NCBI RefSeq assembly: GCF_963921235.1
Contig: NC_086123.1
Coordinates: 4,526,001-4,590,000 of the forward strand
Length of the DNA stretch: 64,000 nucleotides
Source of the DNA: Mobula hypostoma
Taxonomy: Eukaryota
Direction: 5' to 3'
Shown: positions 11,779 through 24,300 of the stretch, piece by piece
Position numbering within the stretch: position 1 is the stretch's first letter
Layout of the letters: each line of letters opens with the position of its first letter
Program-made: the position numbers and the translations under genes
The notes under the pieces: generated by a model
What the model was told of the DNA's origin: nothing
The model's input: only the letters and a program-made list of their open reading frames with translations
Database searches by the model: none

Positions 11779-13800
11779 TGTGGTTCTCAACCTTTTACTG
11801 CTCATGGCCCACATTTGACTTTTATTGTGGGCCAAGGGGCCTGTATTGTGCTGTAGGTTTTCTATGTTTCTATTTACTGTTCCTCTGTGGCCCCCACCCC
11901 CCAGTCTCTACTAGTTGCTCAAGTGTTTTTTTTTTGGTCAACTGTACTAATTATTCTAACATACAGTCAATATTTATGTTTTAACAAGTTATACATACAT
12001 ATTATATGTTAAATATAATCTTACAGATGCATATGAAAAATAAAACTATTTCAAAGCTCTGAATAGGATACTTCATTTATAATACAGTTTATCTTCCAAC
12101 CAGACTAGCAATTCCTTTGGGTATTTAGTGAGCTCCTTATGACTGATACAAACTAGTGAGTTTTTGAATATCTGGTTGTTACTTGATTAAAGATAATCAA
12201 AGATCACCTCTTTTCACATCAAGGTGGATACGAGCTTTTGATAGCAGGTGAAGAGCTTGATTTTTAAAAAAAATCACATTCAACTAAATAAGAGGTGGGA
12301 CATCCAATTAATGACAACTTTGCTTTCTCCCAGAGCTGTGGAAACTTATTTGGAATGTCAGGAGTTATCCAGGATTTTTTTGGGGGGCTGTGTTTGAATT
12401 TTGCTTGAGCTGCTGGGTCACTCTGCAGCTCAGTGAGATATTGTTGCAACATGATGTCAACATCATTCATGGATCCACCACCCAATCTGGAATATCCATT
12501 TCCAGCAGCTCTCAGAACCAAAATCCATATCAGTATGCAGTTGTTTCAAATGATCAAGGTACAATCAGATCGCAATTCTATTTTAAGAGTAGCCAGTAAA
12601 GGAAATTACAGAAACTTGTAACGTCCAGTATTGCTGCTGAAAAGTTTGAGTCTTCCAGGGAAAGTGGTAATAACCTCTTTGCACGATATTGGATTACCGT
12701 TTTTCCCTCGTTTAATAAATTCAGCTTTTCAGATAGATCTGACAGTTAGCTTTCATAAGTCAAGGGATAGAGTTTAAGAGTCACGAGGTAATGATGCAGC
12801 TCTATAAAACTCTGGTTAGGCCACACTTGGAGTATTGTGTCCAGTTCTGGTCACCTCACTATAGGAAGGATGTGGAAGCATTGGAAAGGGTACAGAGGAG
12901 ATTTACCAGGATGCTGCCTGGTTTAGAGAGTATGGATTATGATCAGAGATTAAGGGAGCTAGGTCTTTACTCTTTGGAGAGAAGGAGGATAAGAGGAGAC
13001 ATGATAGAGATATACAAGATATTAAGAGGAAATAGATAGAGTGGATAGCCAGTGCCTCTTCCCCAGGGCACCACTGCTCAATATAAGAGGACATGGCTTT
13101 AAGGTAAGGGGTGGGAAGTTCAAGGGGGATATTAGAGGAAGGTTTTTCACTCAGAGAGTGGTTGGTACGTGGAATGCACTGCCTGAGTCAGTGGTGGAGG
13201 CAGATACACTAGTGAAATTTAAGAGACTACTAGACAGGTAAACGGAGGAATTTAAGGTGGGAGTGTTATATGGGAGGCAGGGTTTGAGGGTCGGCTCAAC
13301 AATGTGGGCCGAAGGGCCTGTACTGCGCTGTACTATTCTATGTTCTATGTTCTAAGATATGGTCAGACTTATTAACAGTGACAATTTGTTCTCCAAGCAG
13401 CTTATCGCTTAGAAACTATCCCAAGGTGCAACCAAGTGACAAAGGCAATTACCTTTTGATAACCACTGGACCGCGGTGTGCATTAGCAGCCGTTCAAATT
13501 CTTCTTCGTTCCCCCCACTAACTTGTGGGGGAAGACGATCTTGAAGTGCTTTTGGTTTGATGAAGCTGGCAGCCGCTATTACAGCAGCAAGGGCGTTGTG
13601 TGAACCTCCTCCCAATTTTTTTGCCATTGAAGCAGCACCATCAGTTACAGAGACTATTATACTTTCTGCCTGTAGTTTCTGCTATCATTTCTACTGATAC
13701 AAATCAGAGCGCATACGCAGTCAGCCACTCTCTTGAGCAACTCAACGGTATCAAGGCGCATTGATGAAATGTCGGATCACATGGAAAATCAACGAGCTGC
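11779..13800 (-). mobile_element. hAT (Buster/Charlie-like) transposon remnant
   Basis: TIR-like CTGTGGTTCTCAACCTT at 11779. Transposase motifs LLMHTAVQWLSKG (HTEVRWLSKG-like) and FPQLWEKAK...PTSYLVEC (hATC dimerisation region). The far end is uncertain. Confidence 0.7.
12757..13353 (+). mobile_element. Young 5'-truncated CR1 LINE inserted in the hAT remnant
   Basis: LYKTLVRPHLEYCVQFWSP...LERVQRRFTRMLPGL and FFTQRVVGTWNALP, ending in a (TTCTATG)n tail. Confidence 0.92.
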
Positions 13801-14473
13801 ACCTGGAAATCGAAATAAACTAAATTTTCAGGCAGTTCTTTGAACATGTCATAAATATTTTCGAAATGCTACTATATATGCACATTCTAAGTGACAATAA
13901 AGAGCCAAGAAGTGTGAATTGAACTTCCTTTCAAAAGATGATGCATACCAGGGATGTCATGGAAGCTGCAGCGGGAGATAGCGATGCAGTGGCAGACCTC
14001 AGGTGTTCTCGGTTCTCCGCTGTTTAGCCCTTTCTCGCCGGTGACCCCACTGCAGTAACTGCGGCCTTCGTGTCACGTTTTATAAGTATCATGACACGAG
14101 CAGGTCAGTGGAAGGCAGACAGACCCAGCTTCCTGCTGCAGACAACCTGGCCAATCTCCAGCTTGCTTGCAATACTCATAAACTGTTTTAATTAGATTAC
14201 TACAACATGCGCCAGTCCAGGCTTTCGGTATTACTTCCCTTCTGATATGGAAGACCTGACAACTTCTGACAGTCTTTCAGCTGGATTTAGGCATGGAAGG
14301 TTCCCTATTAACACATAATTATCTGTAGCAAATTAATCATAATCACTAGCTAGCAGAACACGTAGCGGGGTGTTGTGCTGGGTCACGCACGACTGCTCAC
14401 TGTATAATCAGTGATTTGGGGGTGGATGTGGAGTGGGACTCAGTGGGGTGTGAACGGGGATTTGTGCATGGTC

Positions 14474-14785
14474 GGGAGCGTGGCGCGTGGCCAAGTGGTT
14501 AAGGTGTTGGTCTAGTGACCTGAAGGTCGCTAGTTCGAGCCTCAGCTGAGGCAGCGTGTTGTGTCCTTGAGCAAGGCACTTAACCACACATTGCTCTGCG
14601 ACGACACCGCTGCTAAGCTGTATCAGCCCTAGTGCCCTTCCCTTGGACAACATCGCTGGTGTGGAGAGGGAAGACTTGCAGCATGGGCAACTGCTGGTCT
14701 TCCATACAACCTTGCCCAGGCCTGCGCCCTGGAAACCTTCCAAGGCGCAAAGCCTTGGTCTCACAAGACTAACAGATGCCTAAAA
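14474..14785 (+). mobile_element. tRNA-derived SINE with CORE-like domain
   Basis: A box TGGCCAAGTGG at 14488-14498, B box GTTCGAGCC at 14533-14541, and GTCCTTGAGCAAGGCACTTAACC core-like segment. Confidence 0.8.
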
Positions 14786-16229
14786 AGAATGCTAGGGAGC
14801 ATATATCTCAATGGTTTAATCTGACTTGAAGTCTGCCATACGTGCAAACCTGAAAGTAAAGTTCACAAAATCCTTCAGGGGATCGTAAACTCCCTAGTTT
14901 CTTTAGACGGTTCTACAGTATGTTTCTTAAACTTGGTGGAGAAGGACTTCAGTCACAAATTCACAGGCTCATCATCCACATCTGCAAAGAGGGAGTCATG
15001 TCAAGAGACATCAGACATGCCACAATCATGACCATATTCCAGAAAGGAATCAAATTTAATGATGGTACCTGCAGAGGGGTCTCCCAACAATGAAAAGGAC
15101 AATGGATGGCTTCCCTTCATCAGTCCCCTCCCCCAAAGAACAAGAGGGTCCTTCCCAAATCACCTTGTAAATTCAGTCCATGCAGAAGAAAGACAAATAA
15201 GATCTTCACTAACTTCAGGAGAAATGAAGGAAGCAATAGCAATGATGAAGAAAGTATTTCTCAAAAGCATCAGTCACCATCAGTTGAGAAAGTTTGTGCA
15301 GTATCCTTCTTTATGTTTAGGTGTCTTCAATTACATATCTCCCTCCTTCATCTGTTACATGGTGGCAGGGAAACCATGATCTTCAGAAAGACTTGGGTAC
15401 TGCAGCATCTATTCACCAACTGCTGCTAGGCAACGGGGCTTTGACCTGCTCCGTTTCCGACCTGGGCCAATTCACCCCTCTTTACAAACCTGGTCATTCC
15501 GGACTCCTCTGGAGACACCATATGGTGGCATGGAAACTGTGATCTTAAGAAAGACTCGGGCATCAAGTAAGGCTGTGTCATCACCCCAACCCTTTTCTCA
15601 AACTTTCTCCACACAATACCCTCTCAGAAAATTCCAAATGGACAAAAATGTATCTGCAGATCAAAAGGGGAATGGTTCAACCACCATCACCTCTACCCCA
15701 GAACAAGGTCACCCCCAACCCGTGTCATCAAGCAGCAGCATGCAAGTGAGGTTGCACGTGACTCCTTCAAAGACTGAACCCCAAGTCCTCCCTCCTTCAC
15801 TGAAACATGCAAACGAACAAGACATACAGCTACCATCCAAAGAATAAAGGTCATTTGCAAAGCTGCTCAGCAGTACCCCACCACTCAACAAAAGCCCACG
15901 ATAGACCCTGGAGAGGGTGGACTGTATGCCATCCCTCAGGAGCCCCCTCGCAACAAGCAGGGACATCAATGATGAAATTAGAGGCCCGTAGAGAAATGCT
16001 GCTGACTGGATCACTCTAGCTGGCAGGAGTGTGCGCTGAGTGACACACTGAAGTTTGGTGCAGGCTCGGTGGGGAAGGATCACGGTGAGGGTTTTTCTGC
16101 TACAGGGCAGAGGCAAGCTGGGCCAGGTGAGGAAACCCCCTTAAATATTGTATTCGCATGTCATCCCAGGTGAGTGGCAATGGTGCGATCAGTTTTAAAT
16201 CTGTAAGTTAGTGCAGCTTAACTGTGCTT

Positions 16230-16540
16230 ATGATAGGTGAGAACGAGGGGACATAGCTTCAACACTCGGGGAGCAGACAGGGGTGAGGAGGAACTACTTT
16301 CCCCAGAGGGTGGTGAATCTGTGGAATTCTCTGCCCAAAGAAGCAGTGGAGGCTACCTCAGTAAGTATATGTAAGACAAGGTTGGATAGATTTTTGCATG
16401 GCAGGGGAATTAGGGGTTATGGGGAAAAGGCAGGGAGGTGGAGATGAGTCCATGGCCAGATCATCCATGATCTTATTGAATGGTGGAGCAGGCTCGACGA
16501 GCCAGTTTGCCTACTCCTGCTCCTGTTTTATATGTTCTTA
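16230..16540 (+). mobile_element. CR1 LINE 3' end
   Basis: cagagggtggtgaatctgtggaattctctgcc plus CR1-type 3' UTR cctactcctgctcct...tatgttctta. Confidence 0.75.
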
Positions 16541-16564
16541 TTTCTCAAAAGCATCAGTCACCAT

Positions 16565-17204
16565 TGGTGGTGATGTCTGTTATCTGTCAAGTAGGGGACC
16601 ATGCACAATCCTGATTTGATGGAGACAGACGTGAGAGAACGGAGGAACATCTGGAAAACTTCTGAAATGCCCGCTTCGCTGCCACTGCTACTGTGTGGTA
16701 ACTGGAATCTCCGGAGCAGAAGGCCCTGAAATCCTCAGCTTTGCATGTTTCAGCAGCCAGGGCGAGGTTCAAGGCGCTCGGCAGAGGATGGCGCTCGGGA
16801 GGCTGTATCGGAGAGGCTGGTCGGAAGCTCGAAGTTTTCAGATGGATGGACTCAGTGTCGGCTGTGGTCGTTTGCTTCCAAGGCATCGGCAAGTTGACGG
16901 TGCCTGGAGGTTTATGGCAGGCAGTTTCTCCCTTTTGTCGCCTGCTATCGGGGACTCCGGAGTCGATCGACTCGGGACTTTGAGACTATTTTTACCGTGC
17001 CCATGGTTTGTTCTTCATCAAACTATGGTATTTCTTTGCACTGCTGTAACTATATGTTATAATTATGTGGTTCTGTCAGTGTTAGTCTTTGGTTTGTCCT
17101 GTTTTCTGTGATATCACTCCGGAGAAACATTGAATAATTTCTTAATGCATGTATGCATTTCTAAATGACAATAAAAAGAGGACTGAGTGTTCTCATAATC
17201 TAAT
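16565..17204 (+). mobile_element. Non-autonomous retroposon with LINE-like 3' tail
   Basis: CpG-retaining block ending ...atgacaataaaaagaggactg...ataatctaat. It cleanly splits a host sequence duplicated at 15255-15292. Confidence 0.6.
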
Positions 17205-17589
17205 CAGTTGAGAAAGATAGGGAAATTTAATAAAAGATAGAGAAAGTTAGGGAAATAGCTTAGTTCATGATGAAAAGGTTTTGCATGGTTTACTCTTGGA
17301 TATATTATTTATTATGAATAAAGTTTATTTTGTTAAAGAATATTGACCATCATGTCCTGTGTCATCATAACCTTGGGCTAGCTGATGAATTATTGCCACA
17401 ACAGATACCTCAAAATATTGGAAAGACAGCACTTACATAAAACCATCAAGGTTTACTAGCACCTTTAATTCACATACAGTATTTGTAAATATATGGCATG
17501 GTATTATGATAAAGTTCCCAGTAAACTCAATAGGGGCAAAGGCAGTGAGGTAACCCACCCAGGCTACTTCAGCTGATTTTACTGATGAT

Positions 17590-18180
17590 GGGGTTAGGTT
17601 GCCCCGCCCCACGCCACAAACTAAAGTAGTATAAAAGATGGGAAAACAAACATGCTTACTTTGTTTCTGAGGAATTGCGAACGGATGGGAACGCTGAGCA
17701 GGGATTTAAACACAATTTAACATTCGCCCGGGCCGGCCTGACCTTTAACCCCACGCATGCGCACTGGGCGGCAGTGGGTCTATGATGGCGGCGATGTGGG
17801 GACGGCTTTTCCGCAGCGGCTTCAGCGGCGTCCGTCAGCTGTCGGCGACGGCGGCCGGGGCCGAGGAGCACCAGAGCGGTGAGCGTGCTTGGCGGTACTC
17901 TGCGGGGACGTGGACCGGGGCAGCGTACGCGCAGGCCGCAGCGGGGCTCGGTGTTGGGCGGTGACCTTGCGGCCCGAAGGAGCGGCTCCGGATGAGGAGC
18001 CTGGGCCGGGCGGGCGGGAGGAGCCGGCGGGGTCGGCCTGTGCTGGTAGACTTTCCCTTCGCTGAGGTGGGAGAGGGAGTTCCAATTGTAAGTGCGGATC
18101 GGGTGATGCCGGATGGGGCCTCTCGCCCAGATCTGGCTGCAGCCGGAGGGGTGCAGTTAAAGTGGCGTGTGGGTGATCAT
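17590..18180 (+). promoter_or_regulatory. COX6A1 CpG-island promoter with NRF1-like, ERR/DR1-like and YY1-like motifs
   Basis: CpG-rich. CACGCATGCGCA at 17752-17763 (NRF1-like). TGACCTTTAACCC at 17739-17751 (ERRE/DR1-like). ATGATGGCGG over the start codon (YY1-like). GC box near 17600. Confidence 0.7.
17782..17878 (+). CDS. COX6A1: Cytochrome c oxidase subunit 6A1, exon 1 of join(17782..17878,19177..19319,20074..20154), 106 aa
   Basis: MMAAMWGRLFRSGFSGVRQLSATAAGAEEHQS, an Arg/Ser-rich mitochondrial presequence in a CpG island. Donor G|GTGAGC at 17879, phase 1. The start could be the second ATG at 17785. Confidence 0.92.
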
Positions 18181-19176
18181 TGCCCAAATTAAAATAATAT
18201 ATTTGCTTTGCTAGGAATTTTTAAAACATCTTACTCTGGATTATTAACTATGTCCAACAAACAATTCCAAGCATGGAGAATACTGTCTGCGGCTTATGCT
18301 CAAGGTCATGGCCAGAGTTTAAACCATACACTGAGAAGTGGTTCTATACCGGGTGTTAAATGGGTTAGAAATGACCGTTTGACCTGATTTTGGCCCCCTT
18401 CTACTTGCTTTGCCATTAAATAAAATTGGCTGACTCTGCTTTCTTGTTGACTGCAGTAACCTTTCACTTAGCTTATCAGGTATCTGTCTGTATTTGTATT
18501 AAAAATGTTCAAAGATATTGTTTCCATTGTCCTCTGAAATGAAGGCTTACAGGACATGTCATTGAAGGGATGAATGAAGCATCTTATTTGACCCCTTGAT
18601 GGTTTTAAGTTAATTTTTCCATAAGAGGAAACGTCTTTCTATATCACCTTGTAAGGAGTTTGTTTCAGTCAATTTTCTTCGAAGCACTGGCAGATATAAA
18701 CCTTCACTTATTAACCTATCTTAGTAGACAATCCACCCATTTCAGGTTAGCTTACTAAACCTATGAACAGCTTCCAATGCATAACACCTGATGTAAGGAA
18801 ACCAATATAACAGGGTTCTCTAGAAGTTTCCCCACCGGAGCTGGAGACAAAAGTAGGCAGGTAGATCTCCACTAACAGTAAAGATCTTTCCTATTTAACC
18901 TGCTGTATCTACCTACTAGCATTTTGAGAGTCATACATCGGACCACTATATTTGCAAATTTTTGCAACCAGCTGAGTTTGAACTTTATCTGAAGTCCTTA
19001 TAAAATGACTCAATAGAGCTTTAAATCTGTACTGCCAAGGGATAGGTGTGTTAGATTGAAAGTATCTCATCAGAATGGGTAATGTGGTTTGTACCAGCGG
19101 TGATGGGAACATTGTCTTAGTGTATTATATCCTGGTGGACTTGGCTTTGGCAGTGATGTTCATTATCTTTCACTAG

Positions 19177-19319
19177 CACGCATGTGGAAAATCCTGACTT
19201 TTGTTGTTGCCATTCCTGGAGTATCCGTGTGCATGTTGAACTGCTACTTGAAGGCTCAGCAACACACCCATGAGAGGATAGAGTTTGTTCCTTACGAGCA
19301 TCTTCGCATCAGGAGCAAA
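19177..19319 (+). CDS. COX6A1: COX6A1 exon 2
   Basis: [48 protein letters not shown] matches the COX6A transmembrane and HLRIR motif. Acceptor cactag|, donor |GTAAGT. Confidence 0.97.
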
Positions 19320-20073
19320 GTAAGTAGAGCACTTGTTGTAAGTGAGGGAATTTTGTGTGTTCGTAATGGTTAATGTATATAAATCTAAAATCAAAACAGC
19401 TATCTTTATCAATGGAAAAAAAGTCATCTTACAACCTATGAGCAAGCATTGTTCGCTTGCTAAATATTAATTGGACTGAATGTCATCCTCTGCAGATTTT
19501 GGTGAGAGATCGACACCTGCTCTAGATATTTCCTTGAATGTGGTTTGAGTGAAGTGGCTCATAGCTGTCTGGTGATCCACAGCCATGAGTTGCTACCTCA
19601 CCTGCTGGCAGTGAGGTTAAATGATTTCCCAAGGGGTTAATGCCAGTTGAAGATTGAGTCACAGTGCAGCTGCAGGAGACTAAAACATTATTTGACACTT
19701 GACTGAATATGATGGGCAGACACTTCTAGGAATGAGAACTGCTCAGACCACCAGCTCTCTCCAAACACCACAATCCCTGGAGCAAGGTGATAACTGCAGT
19801 CCACACTGGGACTGGTCCCTAGGAGGCATCAATATCTCCTCTGGGCAAGGAAATATTGACTCTGTTCTATTCTTCCATAGTGATGCTTTGTGGAGATTAG
19901 CATTTCACACAGGGGTTTATCTCACTGGCACTATCAACGAATCCTCATGATGTTGCAGGCATATCTCTGAATTATGGTGGGTTTGAAGGAATGGAAGTAG
20001 TTGTACCATTTTAAATGGTTTCTGTTTCTGAATGAGTCATTCTAATATATATTTCTACCATTTTTGTTTACAG

Positions 20074-20154
20074 CCATTCCCTTGGGGTGATGGGAACCAT
20101 TCTTTCTTCCATAACTCCCATACCAATCCTCTGCCCACTGGCTGGGAAGATTGA
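20074..20154 (+). CDS. COX6A1: COX6A1 exon 3 (last coding exon)
   Basis: [26 protein letters not shown], the canonical COX6A C-terminus. Acceptor tttacag|. AATAAA at 20276-20281. Confidence 0.97.
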   Translation, partial: PFPWGDGNHSFFHNSHTNPLPTGWED

Positions 20155-21329
20155 AATTTTGGAGCAGAAAATTCCCCAGAGGTTATGGATTAAACCGGAT
20201 TATGTAAATGAATGCATTTTTCCCAAACAAGGGCAGAAGTCTGAGCCGTGTTTACCTTTACTGAGGTAGCACCATAATAAATATACTGTGGAGAATCATG
20301 TGTGTCGGCTGTTCTTTATTACATCAATCAAAAACAATTAACCACAAATGCTGCAACAAGGAACTCAGCAGGCCAGGCAGCATCTATGGTAAAGAGAGAA
20401 CAGTCGATGTTTAAGACCGAGACCATTCATCAGGATCAGGAATGAAAAGTCAGCTGTTTACCCTTCTGCTGCTGCCTGGCCCACTGAGTTCCTCCAGCAT
20501 TTTGTGTGTGTTGTTGCATCTGCAGATTTTCTTGTCTTTATGCAAATGCTGGAAGTCTGGAATGAAAACGAAATGTGACCCTGCATCAGTATCTAATGGT
20601 TTGAATAGTCTGAGGCCGAAATCTGATTTCCAAAGCTGAGGGACATTATTCCACCATGAAGCTTTTATTGCTAGGATATTCAAGTGAACCTGATGGTTTT
20701 TGGTGTACATCTTGGTTACTATTGTAGTGAGTGCCTGAGGAAACTAATTACAAGTTTTCCTGACTTGCAAATGTATTATTGTACCTTCAGCAGAAAGACT
20801 TCAGTTCTTCAAAAGAGTGACTTTATACCAATTAGGAATAGCAATGAATACTTGCCTTCCTGGTGATATCTAGTTTTAGTAATTCAATATCTAAAAGATA
20901 TAAAAATGGCTGACACATGCCTTGTTAACAGCTACTGTCCTAAGATATCACAGTATTTGTTTTGGGCCAGCTACATCAATTTATTGAAAATAGTTATTAA
21001 AAGCATGCTAGAAATTTAAAATAAAACAAAAGCCAGAAGCACTCATCAAGTCGGGCAGTATCTGGAAATATTTTGGTTTAAAGACTATCAGAACTACATT
21101 AATGGTCTTAATTTGTTACTAATTTCCAGGTCACTGACAGTGTGTTGTACTTCATGGTTAATTTCCAATCTTGGTAAGCTGTACTTTAGATATTTATGCA
21201 GATGGTGGGGAATTTTCATGCGATTCTAGGTATTGATCAGAACTGAATTACTTTCAAAACCAAGGTGCTTTAAATTGTGGAGGAGGAACTATGTGGGTTA
21301 AATTCAGGGAATAAATTTAATAAATTTGT

Positions 21330-24300
21330 ATTTACTGTTCAGTTATTTGGAGTCCCCACATTCAATGAAGTAACATCCTAATGATCAAATAAATTGCAAG
21401 CGTATGGTATTTTATGCCTATGAATGTTGCTCACTTGCACAGATTTAGCCAGGGCTTTCCATAACTGCAGTATACCATTTACTCCCCTGAACTCCTTTAT
21501 AAATACATGGTATACAAGATCTAAACTTGGTCAATATGAAGTATGAGGAATGACTCCATTTTGATTTTCAAACACAATGGTCCAAATTTTCTTTGATTCT
21601 ACTAATGGACTAACAAATGGACCATTGTATGTAGAAACAGTCATAGAAGTAAGGACACAGAAATATTTGTGAGGGGACTTGATCAGAATCAGGTTTAATA
21701 TCACTGGCACATGTCCTGAAATTTGTTTTGTGGCAGCAGTACATTGCAATACATAAAAATAAAACAGATTACAATAAGTATATATGAAAATCATTAAATA
21801 AGTACTCTAAAGAGAGAGCAAAAACCGTGGTTGCAGAAGGGAAGAAGCTACTCTTATACCACCACCTCACTGGTAGCAATGAGAATAGGGTATGTCCTGG
21901 GTGATGAGGGTCATTAAAAGATGGACGCTGCCTCATAAAGGTGTCCTGGATACTGGGAATCTAGTGCCCATGGTGAAGCTGGATCAGACTACAATTTTCT
22001 GCAGTTCTTTTTGATCCTGTGCAGACAGTGATGCAACCAGTTAAAAGGCGCTCTACAGTACATGTGTAGAACCTTGCTGGTCTTTAGCGACATGCCAAAT
22101 CTCAAATTCCTCATGAAATACATCTGCTGACATGCCTTCTTTGTTAATGCATCAATATGTTGGGCCAGGACAGATCTTCAGAGAGGCTGACAACCAGGAA
22201 TTAAAGCTGCTCATCCTTTCCACTTCTGAGCTCTTGATGAGGACTGGTGTATGTTCACTTGACTTCCTCTTCCTGATGTTGAGTGCGAAGTGTTGTAACA
22301 CCACTCAACCAGCTGATCTATCTTGGTCCTGTACACCACCTTGCCACCATCTGAAATTCTGCCAACAGTAGTTGTGCCATGGGCAAATTTACAAGTGTAG
22401 TTTGAGCTGTGACAAGACGCACAGTTACAGGTATAGAGAGAGTAGCGTAGTGGACTAAGCACACGTCCTTGAGGTGCATCAGTGAGGGGAAGATGTTAGT
22501 TCTGATCCACACTGACTGAAGAAGTCCAGGATCCAGTTGCTGAGGGGGTTACAGAGGCCCAGGTGTTGGAGCTTGTTGATTAGAACTGAGGGTATGACTC
22601 TGTTGCTATTTGCTGTATTGCAGCATTTGCTATAACAACAGGTAAGGAGTAGGGCCCCAGCAAAAGCTGTCAAATATGGACAGTCTGTCCTAGTAGTACA
22701 GGGTATAAGGGATGAGTTATACGCAGTCAAAGACTGTTTCTAGCTACAGGAATAACAGATATTGAAACTGCTGAATATGAGAACCCAAAATGGGAGTCGA
22801 AGTAGGCAACTTCGCTCCTGGAATCTACCATTCAGTATGACCATGGCTGAGTTTATACTTGGTCTGTACTCCTTTGCCAGTTCTACATATATGACTTGAT
22901 GGTCTAACCTCAGATACTGATCAAGAAAACAAGGAATTATTAATAAGTGAAATTATTTACCCACAAATCTATCCATCCTGGAACTATTGAAACTAATTTT
23001 CACAATGGAGATGTGGAATGGCAACATTAATAACGTTACAGAAGAAAGACAAGTTGTGTATGGAACTTGACATGATCTTGCCCTGTTCTCCTCATCTACA
23101 TCCTTTCGAACCATCTCCTTCCTATGCTTGTAGAAGTCCCACCAGAAATTGAGTTTAAATTTGAGGTGTTACAGGACTGGCAACATGATCATTACTTGAC
23201 AGATCTAAGCCAAAGTATCAGCACAATCCATCTATTAACCTGACAGTCATTAAACACCCTCACCATCTGTGACACATGCCCTCTTCACATTACTACCATC
23301 AGGAGGAAGTCCAGGAGCCTGAAGAGAGACTCAACATTTTATAAAATAAAAATCTGCATCGGATTTCTGAATGGTCCATGACCCTGTTAACACTACCTTA
23401 TTATTTGTCCTTTGCACTATTTTTGTAACTTATAGTAAATTTTATGAATTTTATGCACTGTACTGCTGCCACAAAACAACAAATTTCATGACACATCAGT
23501 AATAATTCTGATTCTGAGTTTGATTCAGAAGTCTATAAATCAAGAAGCCTATCAGAAATTGTCAGCCAGTTTAGAGTTTACTACATAAGTCATCAAAGTC
23601 ATCATTCAAAGGCAGACTTGTCTCAATAGGGGTCAATGGTATGTTATCACCACAACAATCTTCTCCTTCATTCTAGTTCTTCCCAAAGATTGCCTTCCCT
23701 CCAGAAGCGTCATCGAACACAGAATAGGTGAGGTGAGGGATGTTCAGTCTTGTTCACCACTTTCAAACACCATAATTTCCAAGGTGTTTGTCGACGACCA
23801 CTATGTGCTAAGATTGTAAAATCCTTATGCACATGAATAGTGACCTCTACCTTTCATCTTACAGAAACTCACCATAGCCTTGTTCAAGATGTACCCCAGT
23901 TTAGCTGCTTTCAGTTGTTAATATTTGGGCTTTTAAAACAGTTTGTTTTTTGACCTTGAAGGTAGTCTCCATAATTAAAATAAGTTGTATCCTGGTTCCG
24001 ACCTGGGCAAACAGGGAATTTTATAATTAGTCTGTACAGCCCAATAAACTGCTCACTGGAGAACACATGGGATTCCACCATATTTTATTGCCACAAGATG
24101 AACACACATTCAACATTAAATAAAAACTTACATTTTTCAAGGGTATCAAACCTTTTGTTTCCTTCAAATTATATCCTGTCACAAACAAGAGAAAATCGAC
24201 AGATGCTGGAACTCCAAGCAACACACAAAATACTGGAGGAACTCCGCAGGCCAGCCAGCATCTATGCAGAAGAGTACAGTGGACATTTCAGGCCAAGACC

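Noticed and set aside
14474-14550. tRNA-like sequence with A and B boxes
   Set aside because: Continues into a SINE core and tail with no clean cloverleaf or terminator, so it is a SINE head rather than a tRNA gene.
15059-16116. Cluster of 100-135 aa ORFs
   Set aside because: No recognisable domain or consistent splice structure; probably decayed repeat sequence.
20345-20530. Hammerhead-like motifs here and in Penelope remnants near 7130, 24290 and 31570
   Set aside because: The CUGANGA or GAAA core or stem II is mutated, so they are not callable as ribozymes.
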